A stretch of DNA of 64,000 bases from the NCBI GenBank assembly GCA_051362555.1, contig CM120643.1:21828848-21892847 (forward strand), written 5' to 3'. Below, piece after piece: positions 21,770-34,400 of this stretch. Origin of the DNA: Lingula anatina (taxonomy: Eukaryota; Animalia; Brachiopoda). Position 1 is the first letter of the stretch, and every line of letters begins with the position of its first letter. The notes under the pieces are model-generated. The model was not told where the DNA came from. It did not search any database and worked only from the letters and a program-made list of their open reading frames with translations. Made by a program: the position numbers and the translations under genes.

Positions 21770-24700
21770 ATGGGCTGCACGAAGTCGAAACCCCAAGCTT
21801 CTACGAGGGATAACAATAGTAACAGTTCAAATGAACAAGGACAGGACGTCAACGCTGAGCCAGCAGTCCATTTTGGATGTGAGGAGACTGCAGAACCTGA
21901 ACCTGAGGGTAGTTAATTGATTATTGTACTGTATTTGTTTGAATTTTAGGAAGTAGTTGATGCACGGAAAATATCCGAAATCAGCAAATAAAGAAATAGA
22001 GCAAATAAGGCGGATCAGGGTTCCCTCTATTAGAGTCACAGATTGATTTTCCACTAGATGCTCACAGATATGTCTTTTGCTAACTGTGGCGTCATCAATC
22101 AGCTGGCCTCTGGTAGAGAGAAGAGAAATGGAATGAAGTATAAGAACCTAATTTACGTTATTATTATTATTATAATTATTATTGTTGTTGTTGTTGTTGT
22201 TGTTTTTTTGGCAATCAACACATCATAATTATTATTCATTATTGAGCTTATATTTCCCCGTCTTTATAAGTAAAAACATTTTGCTGTTAGGGTTTTACTT
22301 TAGAAAAGTCACATATTTCCGAGCACGACGGTTGTAAGCGGAGATGGAACGGATGGGAGAGAAATTGGTGGGTCTAGAGTTGGGGTAAAAGGGGGATGGG
22401 GCAAGGATCAGCGCGTGGAAACTGATCGCTGTCAAGCAACACAGAGTCTTACCATCCTGGAGTTCGTTGGACCGTGTTTGCAAATCCAGCGTATTTTCTG
22501 TCTCGAAATAACGGGTCCTGGACCCCTCATCATCAGAAAGGGGGGTGGGGGTGGAGTGGAAGACTGTGGTACATCACACCGGTCCCATAGTTTAGTATTA
22601 TTACCATGATCAATGCGTTTAGGCAAGTAAATTTATTTTTAATGTCATCCATTTTAAGTCAGGACACAGGCGTAGGCCTACACATGTACTCTAAACAAAA
22701 ACGCCATACGTTCCTTTCGTGAAATTGATATCAGTTTGATCATGCTTTTAGTTGTATTCTTTTAGAACGTTTGAAACTGTCCATTGAAGTATCAGACGGA
22801 GAGGTAGAAACAGAGTTGAATAACACACCCGATCAAAACATACAAGCAATCCAAGGAACCATGGCTGATATGGGTGTGCAGAGTTTCCAACACCAACTGG
22901 ACCCGGGAAGCATCATTCTTAGCATGAACGTCGATGGGTTGGAATCCATGGAAAATTTATTGCAGGCAAAAAGAAGTGGAGAGCTGGAGAAGCGCCTGGG
23001 GAAGTTGTTCCTAACCCCAGAAGTCACCAAAGGAAAGAACGTTTCTTTGACAGTCAAAATACAAAATGAGGAGAGGTTGCAGATGTTCGTCGACTTGAAG
23101 CAATCGCTTTATGCTAAGGAGGGTGAGTACACACTGTGTTGTGCTAATTGCTGGCGGAAGATACGCCACACACACTATTTCATCACAGCCTCATGTTGGC
23201 TAAACCTAAAGCGGTACACGTTTCCTTCTTTTCTTCTTATCATAATTCTATTATTTTTCTTCTTCTAATTATTACTTTTTGTTATGTTTAAGCATTAAAA
23301 TCACTATCGATGTTGAACACTTCTTTTCTTATGCTTCATTGATGGAAATCCTTAAACAGAACAAAAGAAGAGATGTCTTAACGTATTATAGTTTTTTGTT
23401 TTTGTTTTTGTCCAAAGTTTCCAAGGCAACAAGTAGCCAGAGTGTGCGATTTGCCTACTGCGCAGAGAAACGAAAGTGGTTGTGGACCCCGTGCGACAAA
23501 AATCACATTTGGATGGAGGTAGGAATAGTGGACAGGAGAGGGCATATATGAGCTGTTGTTCATACCTAAACATCATTTTAGGACTGTGGTATAGGTATAC
23601 AAGATTGTCACCTCTGCTGCAGTGTTTGAAGGAAATGGATAGCAACTTATTCTGAAAACATTGTATAATATGTAATACCAATAGCACCATTTAAAGAAGT
23701 AAACGTTGAAAGGATTAAGATGCAATTACTTCGAATTCGACCATGGAAGTTATGTTCTTGGTCCCGTTTATCTGTTTGCTTTCTGAGCTACTTTCTGAGT
23801 TGCTTTCTGTGTCTTGTAAAATTGCTTCGGCAAACCAAACCAATGTGTGTAAAAAACGCAGTCCACTGATATTTAATTTAATCTATTGAAACTGTTTTTT
23901 TAACCGCAAATACTAATGTTTATCCCAGGTAAGCTACGAGAGCGTCCAAAGTGGCCCTCGTAAAGGAGAGACACCGGAGGAAAAATACCTGAAGATCATA
24001 CGATTTCTACGAAAGGAGAGACCCAAAATAGAACTTCACAATACTGACTGCATCATATGTACGTAATTGAATATAACTGTGAACAGCATAGCTGTCGAAT
24101 GTCGGTGTTACATTATTACTAGTCTATTCATTTTTCTTTTCTTTTTCTAATCTTTGTTCTGCACTTTGTTTTATTTTTATCTGTTCTTATCTTTTTTTAA
24201 AGTCATTTTATTCACAACTCAAAACTTATAGTGATATTGCTTGAGGTGAATAACAGACGTTATCTATAATTGACATTAAATGTATTTTAACGCTGATATG
24301 ACAGTCTAGAAATATAGTTATAGAATATAATGTTACTAAGTCAAAGACGCTGTAAAATATTGATATAAATTGAAAAATAAATTTTTTGATGATTTTCATC
24401 AGGTGACCTGGTAAATGCTGGAAAGAAGCACGAACCAGATTTAACCAATGGTGCATGTAAGTAAAGTATCATCAGTTTTACGAACAAGACATTAACAGCA
24501 TTGCATACAGTTGAAGCCACCAATTTATTTAAGACTGCCAAAGCTCTGCGAGTTATAGCGGTTTATTTGTTTTTATTTTAACAAGCAATTTTTATTCCCA
24601 TAAAGCAGGTGCTCAACTGCCCACAATCCAAGAACCGGAGGCAGGAACCTGTGTTGAGCCTGCAGGCACTGCAGTCGGTGAACACAGTGAAGGACAAAGA

Positions 24701-25217
24701 CCTGGATGTGAAAACAATCGGTCAGTGATTTTTTTTACATTTTAGCAGATACTGCACATTGAAATACAGAGTTAGGACCTGGCTGATATTGAAAGTACGT
24801 CTTTTCCTAGAGCCAGTGAGAGGATTTTCAATGGTTATAAATCCTATTCAAAATGAATGAATTCGTTAATCATTAGCGTAGACGCGCATAAGCGCACCAG
24901 TGCCTGTTAACACACATCAATGCATTAGATTGTAGAGTATAAACTTATCATTGTTTTCGACAATTTGAAAAGTTCTTAGGTGCAAATACCATTAGTTCTT
25001 CTTATAAATTTTAATTTTGCGACTGTTTAAGTAATTGATATATTTAAACGCTTCCCGGTTGCAGTGTCTTAGAGGAAAGATTAAGTACTGTTTATTGACT
25101 AATATATTTTTACTTTTTTTGCATAATCTAGCCTTAACTAGCCTGTACTATCCCCAGATGAATGTCACAAAATTAATTTACGACTCGGGTAAAATCCCTC
25201 AAGCGCCTCAAGCATGA
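21770..25217 (+). CDS. Tandem paralog C, ~322 aa, N-terminus MGCTKSK; exons 21770-21908, 22766-23122, 23418-23518, 23929-24058, 24403-24456, 24609-24720, 25142-25217
   Basis: Complete spliced ORF of 969 nt, all phases compatible, exon-by-exon homology to A and B. ORF-track pieces 21713-21916, 22771-23268, 23279-23551 and 25035-25217 contain these exons. Confidence 0.8.
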
Positions 25218-26459
25218 AATGACATTCGTCCAATGTACTACACCCAGTATTCCGACTAACCTTAACCTATACTAATTATATGGGACCCCGGACTTCAATT
25301 CCTATGACTACCATTCCTGTCACACTTGTTGACATTCGAGATGCTGAAATAATCAGATGAGTATTTTTCAAAATCTTTTTTGTGATCCACATGGAGATCG
25401 GGTGGTCTACAATATAAGATAAACTTAATCTACAAGGTATACTTTAGAAGAAAAAAATATTTTACGCTAAAGATGATGCCTTACGGAAAAGCAAATTGTT
25501 TATACTTGATCTGTAATGGAGAGTGCCAATTTTATTACTTTATATATTTATCAACTATGATCCATAAGCACGCACAACAAAACACCAAATCTTATTGCAC
25601 CTATATACAGGGTACACAATTGAGGTAGGGGTGAGCTTGGTCTAGTAGGGAAGTATATAACAACATGAATAGTAAATCATATATTGCGAAAAAGCGAAGT
25701 ATCCATGTTTGATCTTTAATGGAGAGTGCCTTTTTATCAGTTTATATATATATTTAGCGACTGTGATCCAAATGCACGCACAACAAATAACCATAATTTA
25801 TTATAGCAATTTTTTTGCTTGGGGAGTAAATAACCATATGAACGGTGACTTATAGCTTGCAGTGTGCACATCTATTTAACATCAGATATGAAGTTTCTTT
25901 TAATATGTTTAAAGAAATCTGTTATTTTGAAAATAAAAACGGACAATGCAAATAGAAAAAGAGCAGGTTTATTCAAGTTAATAAAGTAACATTCCTTAGC
26001 CGGATAACAAGAGACAGCAGTTATAGAGGATATATATTACAGAAATTGTAATGGCTTTGAAAACGTGGATGAAAAAATGGTCATAAAAGAAATATTTGTG
26101 CATTAAGAATGAATGTCAATAAATAACCTATTCACAAAAATGCGTTGTGTGCTGACATTGTTGTATTACTTAATACGTACCCTAAAAAGAATAGCCTACG
26201 GTCAATTTTGGGGATTTTCGTTACATGGCTGAACAAATACGCTATTTTAACACCTTTCGTAGTAAAACAAACAACTGCTATCGTGATTTTGCCTAGAAAG
26301 TCATGTTTAATCATTGAAGTAAATATCTGAAAGTCTTTTGTGTATCGTTTTGTGTATCCATTAACGCTGTTGATATTTTGAGGATATTCTTATCAGCATA
26401 AAAGTTCGGCGTCAATGAAAGCATGTCATTAGAACAAAACTATATTCAAGCAACCGTAC

Positions 26460-26506
<47 letters not shown>

Positions 26507-26964
26507 GAGATAATCGAAGTCCTGTTTGGATGCAGCGGTAAGATTTATGAAAAAGTCCTTTCCTTTCGGCATAAGCTTGGGCCAAAGATTTATGGAGACT
26601 AGGTATACGCAATAATGATAAACCATCCGAGATCCTAGCACATTCTCGTTAGGCTTCAAATTGCTGCGCTATCTATCCGCAGAGTGGTGGAAACTACAGT
26701 AATTGTTAATTTACAGTATATGTAGTAGTTTAAAAATCTATAATGAAAAGCATTGAGCAATGATACTCTTTTTAATGAATTTAGTCAGATTGTAACATAA
26801 AATATGAATTGAAAAATTATAACAAATCTACGGATTTACTATTTAGTTATTTCATTTTGTGCGTTGATTCAGACGGACAGGAATATCTCCCTGGCCTGAA
26901 ATGGCATTTTCTTATACAGCTGAGCATGAGATGGCGTATTCTGTGGTCTGATATGTGGCTCAGT

Positions 26965-27160
26965 TTCTCACTACGTCACGTCCGGTTTGTTGTGCCGTCG
27001 GTCAGCCTGGCACTTCAGTAATATATTTGGAGAAAACTGGCGTGCTTCGGCATATAGAAAGCCTACATTCTCAGGTCCCGTGGAAAATTCTGTTTGGGGT
27101 TACACTGAGAAATTGTAGTTTCATTTTACAACTCTGCACGGTCCGATGCACGCTGCTAGT
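26965..27160 (+). promoter_or_regulatory. Putative TRIQK promoter and non-coding first exon
   Basis: Locally CpG-rich; CRE-like TACGTCAC near 26972; donor GTAAGT at 27161; acceptor TTCCAG at 27410, 15 nt before the ATG. Confidence 0.45.
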
Positions 27161-27425
27161 GTAAGTACTTTTTACATGTACTGCAGCAGGTTGACTTCAT
27201 TTGGATGCTTCTACTAGTATGTGTATTTTAATTTTAAAGACACGGGGAAAAGGTTAAAAAAGATTAAAGACTAAAATAAAGAGAAGCACGAATGCATTCA
27301 GTGTTTTTACATGTAGTATGTGGGTCTGCGTTTTTCCTTGTTGTGAAATTCTAAAAATATCCTATTGACCAAACATTAAATGCTTACAAATTTAAAAATT
27401 CAAACTTCCAGAAAAACTCAATGAC

Positions 27426-28277
27426 ATGGGACGGAATAGAAAAGATTCAGAAGGGCTACCAATAGAGAACTATAGGAAACAGATTGGTAGGTAAATGAAG
27501 TAGGCAACCAACTTCTGCACCTCTGGTTTTCACAAATAGATAAACTCTTGAGAGTCCTCACAGAGTTGGATCAGTCTACTTATAACCATGGAGTTCTGTT
27601 TGAATTCCTTGCTATAACTAATACTTTCTTTGTGCATGCACCTCTAGGGTATCACAACATTTTTTACAAATAAGATGTAGTGTAGACATGCATGCAACAT
27701 ATTATAATCTACTTTGTGTTATTTTTTAAATGGAATGTTACGGATTTGCATTCACTTTCCCATTTCAGGTAAACAAGATTATAAGAAGTCAAAGAAAGAA
27801 TTAAAAGCAGTAAAAAAGGCAGCAGAGGCCAGAAAATCTGGATTGAATATAAAGGCAAGACAGTTATGAATTATAGAAAAACAGATACATGTACAATGTA
27901 CAGTAGGATCATGCATTACATAAGCCTATAGTAGGCTACTAATAACTTACAAAGTGAATCTACAGACAAATTTTAATTTTATGCTGCACACATTTTTAAA
28001 AGTGGAAAAAATTTGATCATGATATGCATTTTATCTCTGCATTATTTTTTTCTCACAGAGCTACGTGTATCATAAATCTAATACAATTTGTACCAAATTG
28101 TACAAGTTTGTAGTCATAAAACTTTTCAGTCACTAGTAAGTACTTATCCATTATGATGATTTCTGAATTGTATCTCTTTAGGATGTCATCTTGATGTTAG
28201 CAGTGTTTGTAGCCATGCTTGGGGCTGTGTATGCACTACTGTACTTCTCCTTGTCAGACCCCAACAGTAGCAGCTAA
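27426..28277 (+). CDS. TRIQK: Triple QxxK/R motif-containing protein, 80 aa; exons 27426-27486, 27769-27854, 28182-28277
   Basis: MGRNRKDSEGLPIENYRKQIGKQDYKKSKKELKAVKKAAEARKSGLNIK|DVILMLAVFVAMLGAVYALLYFSLSDPNSSS* matches the recalled TRIQK signature YRKQIGKQDYKK plus a C-terminal TM helix. Intron 2 has a GC donor. Confidence 0.92.
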
Positions 28278-29074
28278 CACTGGGAGACCATCAGAATAAA
28301 CTTCTTAAGAGAAGGTAATGTAAAAGATGTTTTATTTTTTATCTTTTATTATTTGAATGATGGCATGAAGATTCACACAAGAGTAATATCTGTATAATTT
28401 GTGAAAGCCTTTTAAAATGTTTTGATTCACTATATACAAGTCAATATGAATATTTTATTCATACAAAAGATAATCCTGCAAATTATGTTGGTTATGTTAT
28501 GATTTTTCTCTCTTTGTTTTGATTGCCTCAGTTTTAATTTATTTCAGATCCTTTTGTTGGATGCAGAAGGAGGTCCTCAAAATCTGTTCACAATCCCAGC
28601 CTGACTGTTTGAAATCATAGCTCGCCTCATTCTTGTATTGATATGTAAAAATTAGTAAAATAGTTCTACTGAATTTATTGGAATTTAGCAAGTCATTAAA
28701 AAACAATTATAAGTAAGTGTGAGCCAAAATTTGTTCACTCTGGGCATTTACATGTACTTTGTACATGCAACATTTATCTTGATGACACTTGAGCAGTTGT
28801 GTTTATTGAACTTTTTTTTGTTAGATTTTTGCTTATTTTGAATAATGCTAGTTACAAAACAAAAGCAAGTTGCAATTTAGTACAAGGGGATTGTATTTTA
28901 TTTTAAAATAAGATAAAATGAAAGAGGTTGTCATGCAGTGCCATCAGGTTAATTTATTAAAAATATCTTACCTAAGAAAAATATTTTCTCATTTATGCAC
29001 GATTCTATAGCAATATAACGCAAAAATGGTGTTTGACCCTTAAGCATACATTCACAAGCTAATGGGTTAAAGGA

Positions 29075-29322
29075 TGCCCCTTTTCACACCATCACCCATA
29101 TGTATCCAAATACTACGGGAGATTGACAACTGGATATGTCAGCTATTACCGAAGAGTTACCCAAATGGAGCTCCATGTAGATAACCTTTCAATTTTAATT
29201 GGTCCAAACAGTTGGAAGCAAACTTGTGAATGGGAAAAAAACCCCGTAGCCTAATGACATTTTAGGACCAGTCTAAGTGTTTCGATACCGATATGCATTA
29301 TGTATGATGTGAAAAGGGGCCT
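29075..29322. mobile_element. Degenerate MITE downstream of TRIQK
   Basis: Inverted ends GCCCCTTTTCACACCAT / ATGATGTGAAAAGGGGC. Confidence 0.55.
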
Positions 29323-31468
29323 TTGTGATACAAACAATTTGTAAAGAAGAAAATTTTGTTATGAATATTTATAAGTATGGTAAATTCTTCAATTACCAAA
29401 GATTAGGTAGTTTTCTCATTTTACATGTACCTAGTACATTGTTGTGTAAGGTGCAGTTTCTGTGAGACTTCCTTTTTATTTAGTTTTCAAATTAATTGAA
29501 TCAATGGCTTAATTGTGCAATGTTCTCAAAGGTCAGATTACACACAGATTGTCAACTGGTATTAGCCTCAATGTATTGTATCACCTCTAGTTGCAGAGGA
29601 CACTGAAAACTCCTCACCTTCCTCTTATCAGCTCACTGGAAATGGCAGCTAGAGGCATGTGAATAATGAAAACTGAGGGAGAGTTCAAATATCTTCTAAA
29701 ACTATAGTTGACATTTATTGAATGAGAATACCAAATTGTACTGCCACTGTCAAATTATATTATGCCAGATAGCTTGGAGAATGCCACAAATATCTGTTAC
29801 AATTTTATAGTATTCATTGTGTTACAAATATTACTGATTTTTGTGCCTCTGCAAGAACAGAGCCCGAGACAAACTAGTTTGTCAAAATGGCACAATATAT
29901 TAGTCTAGCTTTATCCTGATTCTGACCAATCCACCCCAAGTCAGAGCCCAGTTGAAACATTCCTTTTTAATTATGATCAAGGTAGTCTTTTGTACCACAT
30001 TTTAAGAACAGATAAAAAAACCCCTGAAACTTGGGAAGACGAGCAGGATTAATGGTTATGAAATGTGTTTACAAACAATAATTATATGCGTGTCTTTCAC
30101 AAAGACATTTAGGCACACTATTTTCACATGTAGAGCAGCATGACTAAGTGATAACATATCAATAGATTTTTAGGTCAGCAATCTGCTCTTTATTGTTTAT
30201 TATCAGATGGGTTGGTGTAGGCTAAATGATGTTACTGTGTGATATATCAGTGATAAGACACAATGGTTTGTGACATGTATGAAAGAAAAACAACTGCTAT
30301 GTACAGTAAGTTGGGTCTCTGACCTGCCAAATGAAAGGAAAAGTGATTCACAGATTTTAAAAGATATTTCATTATGCATTTATAAATCACAGTCACTGTG
30401 GTGTTTGTTTGTAAGTTAAACATTGTCATACACAGCCAAGCCAAAATACTACTGTACACTACTAAAATGGTGTTACATTTTGAAAGTGATGAAAATGGGG
30501 CTTGATGAAAGACCTGGTGGATTTCAGGGCTTTGATTTTATTGGTTTTGGCTTGGATCTGAATTTTTTTAATGTGTTCAAAATGTTTTAAATGTTGAAAA
30601 GAAACTATGCAAGAACATTCCAACCTTTCCATGTAATTTAAGTCTGTACTCGGGATACATCCGAACTAAGATCTAATAAACGGTATATTAGATCTTATAT
30701 CCGAACTGTACCATTTTTCACCAATTGTCCATGAGCATCTCCAATGTTATGGTAGAATGACAACTATTACATGACATTTTTCCATTTTTAATTCCAAGGA
30801 AATAAATAAATAAATATCAAAATACATTCAAGCCTTCTGTTTTCAGTGTTGAAAACTGACAGCTTTTTCTTTAAAATTAATTCAGCAGTTGTATCAAACT
30901 TACAACTCATCAACCAGTTTTGCTTTACTTAACAAATGTCCAAAAAACATTTTTTTCTAATTTCTGCAATCTGTATATTTATTTTTCCCCTGGTACTGGG
31001 CCTTGTGTCTGTTGTCACAGCATTGACTAATGTGTGATGAATTTCTTCGCAGAATGAGAGTCTGATAAAAAGACGCAAAAAAAAAAAAAAAAGTCTGGCA
31101 AAAATTACAAGTCTATCACACATCGCAAGTGTTGGAATAGTTTCCCTCACATTCTATTATCACTAATTATCAGTGCTGGTACAATGTAGGGGTCATTTTA
31201 TAAAAGAAAGTGAGCATTTGACACACATCAGTGAAGTAAACATTTGTGCAATATTTGCATAACTGTTTCATATCACTTATTATAACTGCTGATTCCTTTC
31301 CGTATTGGAGGGTACTAAAGTATGAATTGGCAAAAATAATGGGATAAGCCAGAAGTATGCAAATGTCACACTCAATGTGTGCATCAATGACCTTGACTCA
31401 AATGCTCACATTTTTTTTTCTGAAATGGCCAATAAAAAATGGCAAGGTTAAGTACAATTTAGGAGACT

Positions 31469-34400
31469 TCATATACTTGAGAGGAAATCTGACAAGGAGC
31501 TTGATGAAGATTTCTTTCTTTCTTCATTGGCCAACATGCGGTTAAGCTGGGAATGAAATGCTTTTCCCTTGTTCTTCTTTTTACTTGAGTTTTTACCCTT
31601 GCTTTGCCCTATCTGTGGAGAGAGCATGGTCACAGCCCTTGGTGAGAGGAAAGATCCAGAATGAGAAGAATCAAGAGACTTCTTTGACGTGTTTTTCTTA
31701 ATACTGGATTCAGTATTTTGATTCATGCATGGTGAACCAGACCCACCATGACTTTTCCTTGATTTTTCCAAAGATCCCAAAGAAGTGAGAACCGATCTAC
31801 TTGAGTTGCTCGTGTCATTTGTCGAAACCTCCTGAAAATCGTCTTCTGTCAGTGACTTGGTGAAAGAATCATCTGAAGTATTCATTTGTTTTTCTGAGAA
31901 CAATTTTAGCACAGGTCCTTTTGGTTGTAGATTGTCCAATAAATGGTTTGCAGCCTTTTGTTTCTTCTTTTTCTTAGAGGCAACATCTAATAATTTAGGA
32001 GTGCTGAAAAATACATTTTCAAATAAATGAGATTATGCAGAGATTAACAATCATTAACCATAAAAGTTCCTTCCTCTAAACAGCACTGGAACATAGAATG
32101 CTACAAATGAAAGAAGACTTTCCATATGAATTCACAGCCTTTACTGACATATTATGATAACTATTTTTAAAAATTCAATTTTATTTTCATAACACCAAGG
32201 ATTAAAGCAAGGATGAAAAATACAAATCCCAGTTTATACCTAGTGACAAAATCCTCCGTCATATTGAGTTTTGCTTCAATCTCTTTCTTTCTCTTCATCT
32301 TCATTTTCAGCTTCTTTTTAGCAGACTTTGACAATTTCTGTTCTACATTGTCTTCGACAGATACATTGTTAATTGACAGCTTTGACCGCTGAGGACATGA
32401 TATTTTGGTTTTTCTACCACAAACTAAACAAGAAATTACCTGGAATGACACATGAAAAAGAAAGAAATATAGCAATATGATACATAAACAAGGCAGCAAA
32501 GCTGTCAAATGTACAGACAAAAAGAAGGAAAAAAACAAAATAGGGTACAGTCAATTCTGATGCAAAAGTACATTATGTTAAACTGCAAATTCAACATCAA
32601 ATTTTAATTATGCTCAACAGGTAATTCCAATGTAAGTAAAATGTGTAACAAGCGGAGGGAGATAAGATGGCGTAGAGGTTGACACGAACTCTAGGACACG
32701 GGACATAAATTGGTCTTTTTTGACATAGACAAGTGAACCCAACGTCTGATGTGATACATACTGAACAAGTGCACATCCGTGAACGAGCTGATCGGGTGGA
32801 GAAAGTACAAATAAGGTGAATAACTGATATTTTTTAACCTTATCACATAGACAGTCTGCGCGAACGTCGCATAGTGGATGATACATACTGACTACATTAA
32901 ATTTCACGCAGTGCTGTCAACCTTTCAGCATGTCATCCAAACACACAAAAAACACTAAGAAGGGTGAGCCTACACCCAAACGTACGCACAGCGAAGTCTC
33001 CAATACAAGTGCTGAAGAAAATAACAGCATTATCTTAGCGGAACTAGAAGAAATAAAATCTTATATGAAAGACATGATAAACAAAGACGAACTGAAAGAA
33101 CTAGTAACCACCTTAGTTACAGAAATGTTAAAAGAAATGAAGAAAGAAATGGGTTCACAAATCAACAACATGCGAGAGAAATTAGACTTCCTGGAATTTG
33201 AAAATAAAAACCTTACAGAAAACATTGCAAGGAAAGACAAAGATTTACTTAAATTGAAAGAGGAGATAAAAGATCTCACAAAACTGAGTCTCGAGGCGGA
33301 CAAACGATCAAACTACAACGAACAGTATTCTCGTAAGAACAATATTAAAATTTACGGGATAAAGGAAGAGACAAAGGAGAACACTAAGTCCGTCGTACGC
33401 GACACATTGAAGGAAGTAGCACAGATAACACTCCGGGATGATGACATTCTAGCAGTACATCGTATACCTGGGGCAAAAACACAACAACCGAGACCTATAA
33501 TTTTACGAGTGAATAACACGGAGACAAAAGCCAAAATTATGAGGTGCAGAAGGGCAATGAAAACCTCGAGGCAAAACTTGAGACTGGCAGATGACGTCAC
33601 AAAAAAGAACGCGCAACTTATCCAGCGCCTCGTCAGCCACCCTGAAATTGACCAAGCATGGTACTTTAATGGGTCAGTCTATGGTCGGCCGAAAGACAGC
33701 ACAAAAAGGGTGAAATTTGACCTGCACGATGATATTAATTTAAAGATAAGAAACGCTTGAGCATGAACTTTATTTCTCCCTTTTCCATTTTCCTCTTGCT
33801 TTAATTTCGCACATAAAACCAATTGTCGCACAAAACTGAACGCTCTCCCATGTGCGTTTTCCTATATGTAGTATATTGTGTGAGTGTATGTTTGTGTTTA
33901 AATGAGGTGAGTAAGTGGATAATGGCCGTGCGTAAGACTGAGATTGTGTATGAAAGTAAAAGTGTGCACGTGGTACATGTCTGTATGTTAAGCGATGAAA
34001 AGAATGGTGTGACTCATTGTCGTACATACATATATATCAACGAAAACGTTATGTCTGTCAATACATTAAAATGCTATTATGAGTTTTGATTTTAGTATAT
34101 TATCCTTAAATGTCCGGGGGCTAAATAACTTTAAAAAAAGAAAGGGAGTATTTAGGTGGCTACATAAAAGGCCTGAAAATGTTTTCCTCCTACAAGAAAC
34201 CTACAGCTCGCAGAAAGTCGAAAAATTATGGCGCGCTCAGTGGGGTGGAAAGGTTTGGTATAATCATGGTACTGGGCATAGCAAAGGGGTGATGATTTTA
34301 TTTAAAAATAACATAGAATATGACATTATAGACACAGTTACAGACCCGGATGGTCGTCTTCTAGGCGTGAAAATTAAAATTGGTACGAGCACTTTTCTTA

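Noticed and set aside
32660-32760. tRNA/SINE-like Pol III promoter at the LINE 5' end (TGGCGTAGAGG)
   Set aside because: A-box-like only; no B box or cloverleaf; better explained as the YY1-type L1 5' motif.
33823-34089. Third LINE ORF in the inter-ORF spacer, and antisense ORFs within ORF1/ORF2
   Set aside because: Non-ATG start, low-complexity GT-rich sequence, no recognisable motif; antisense shadows of real ORFs.
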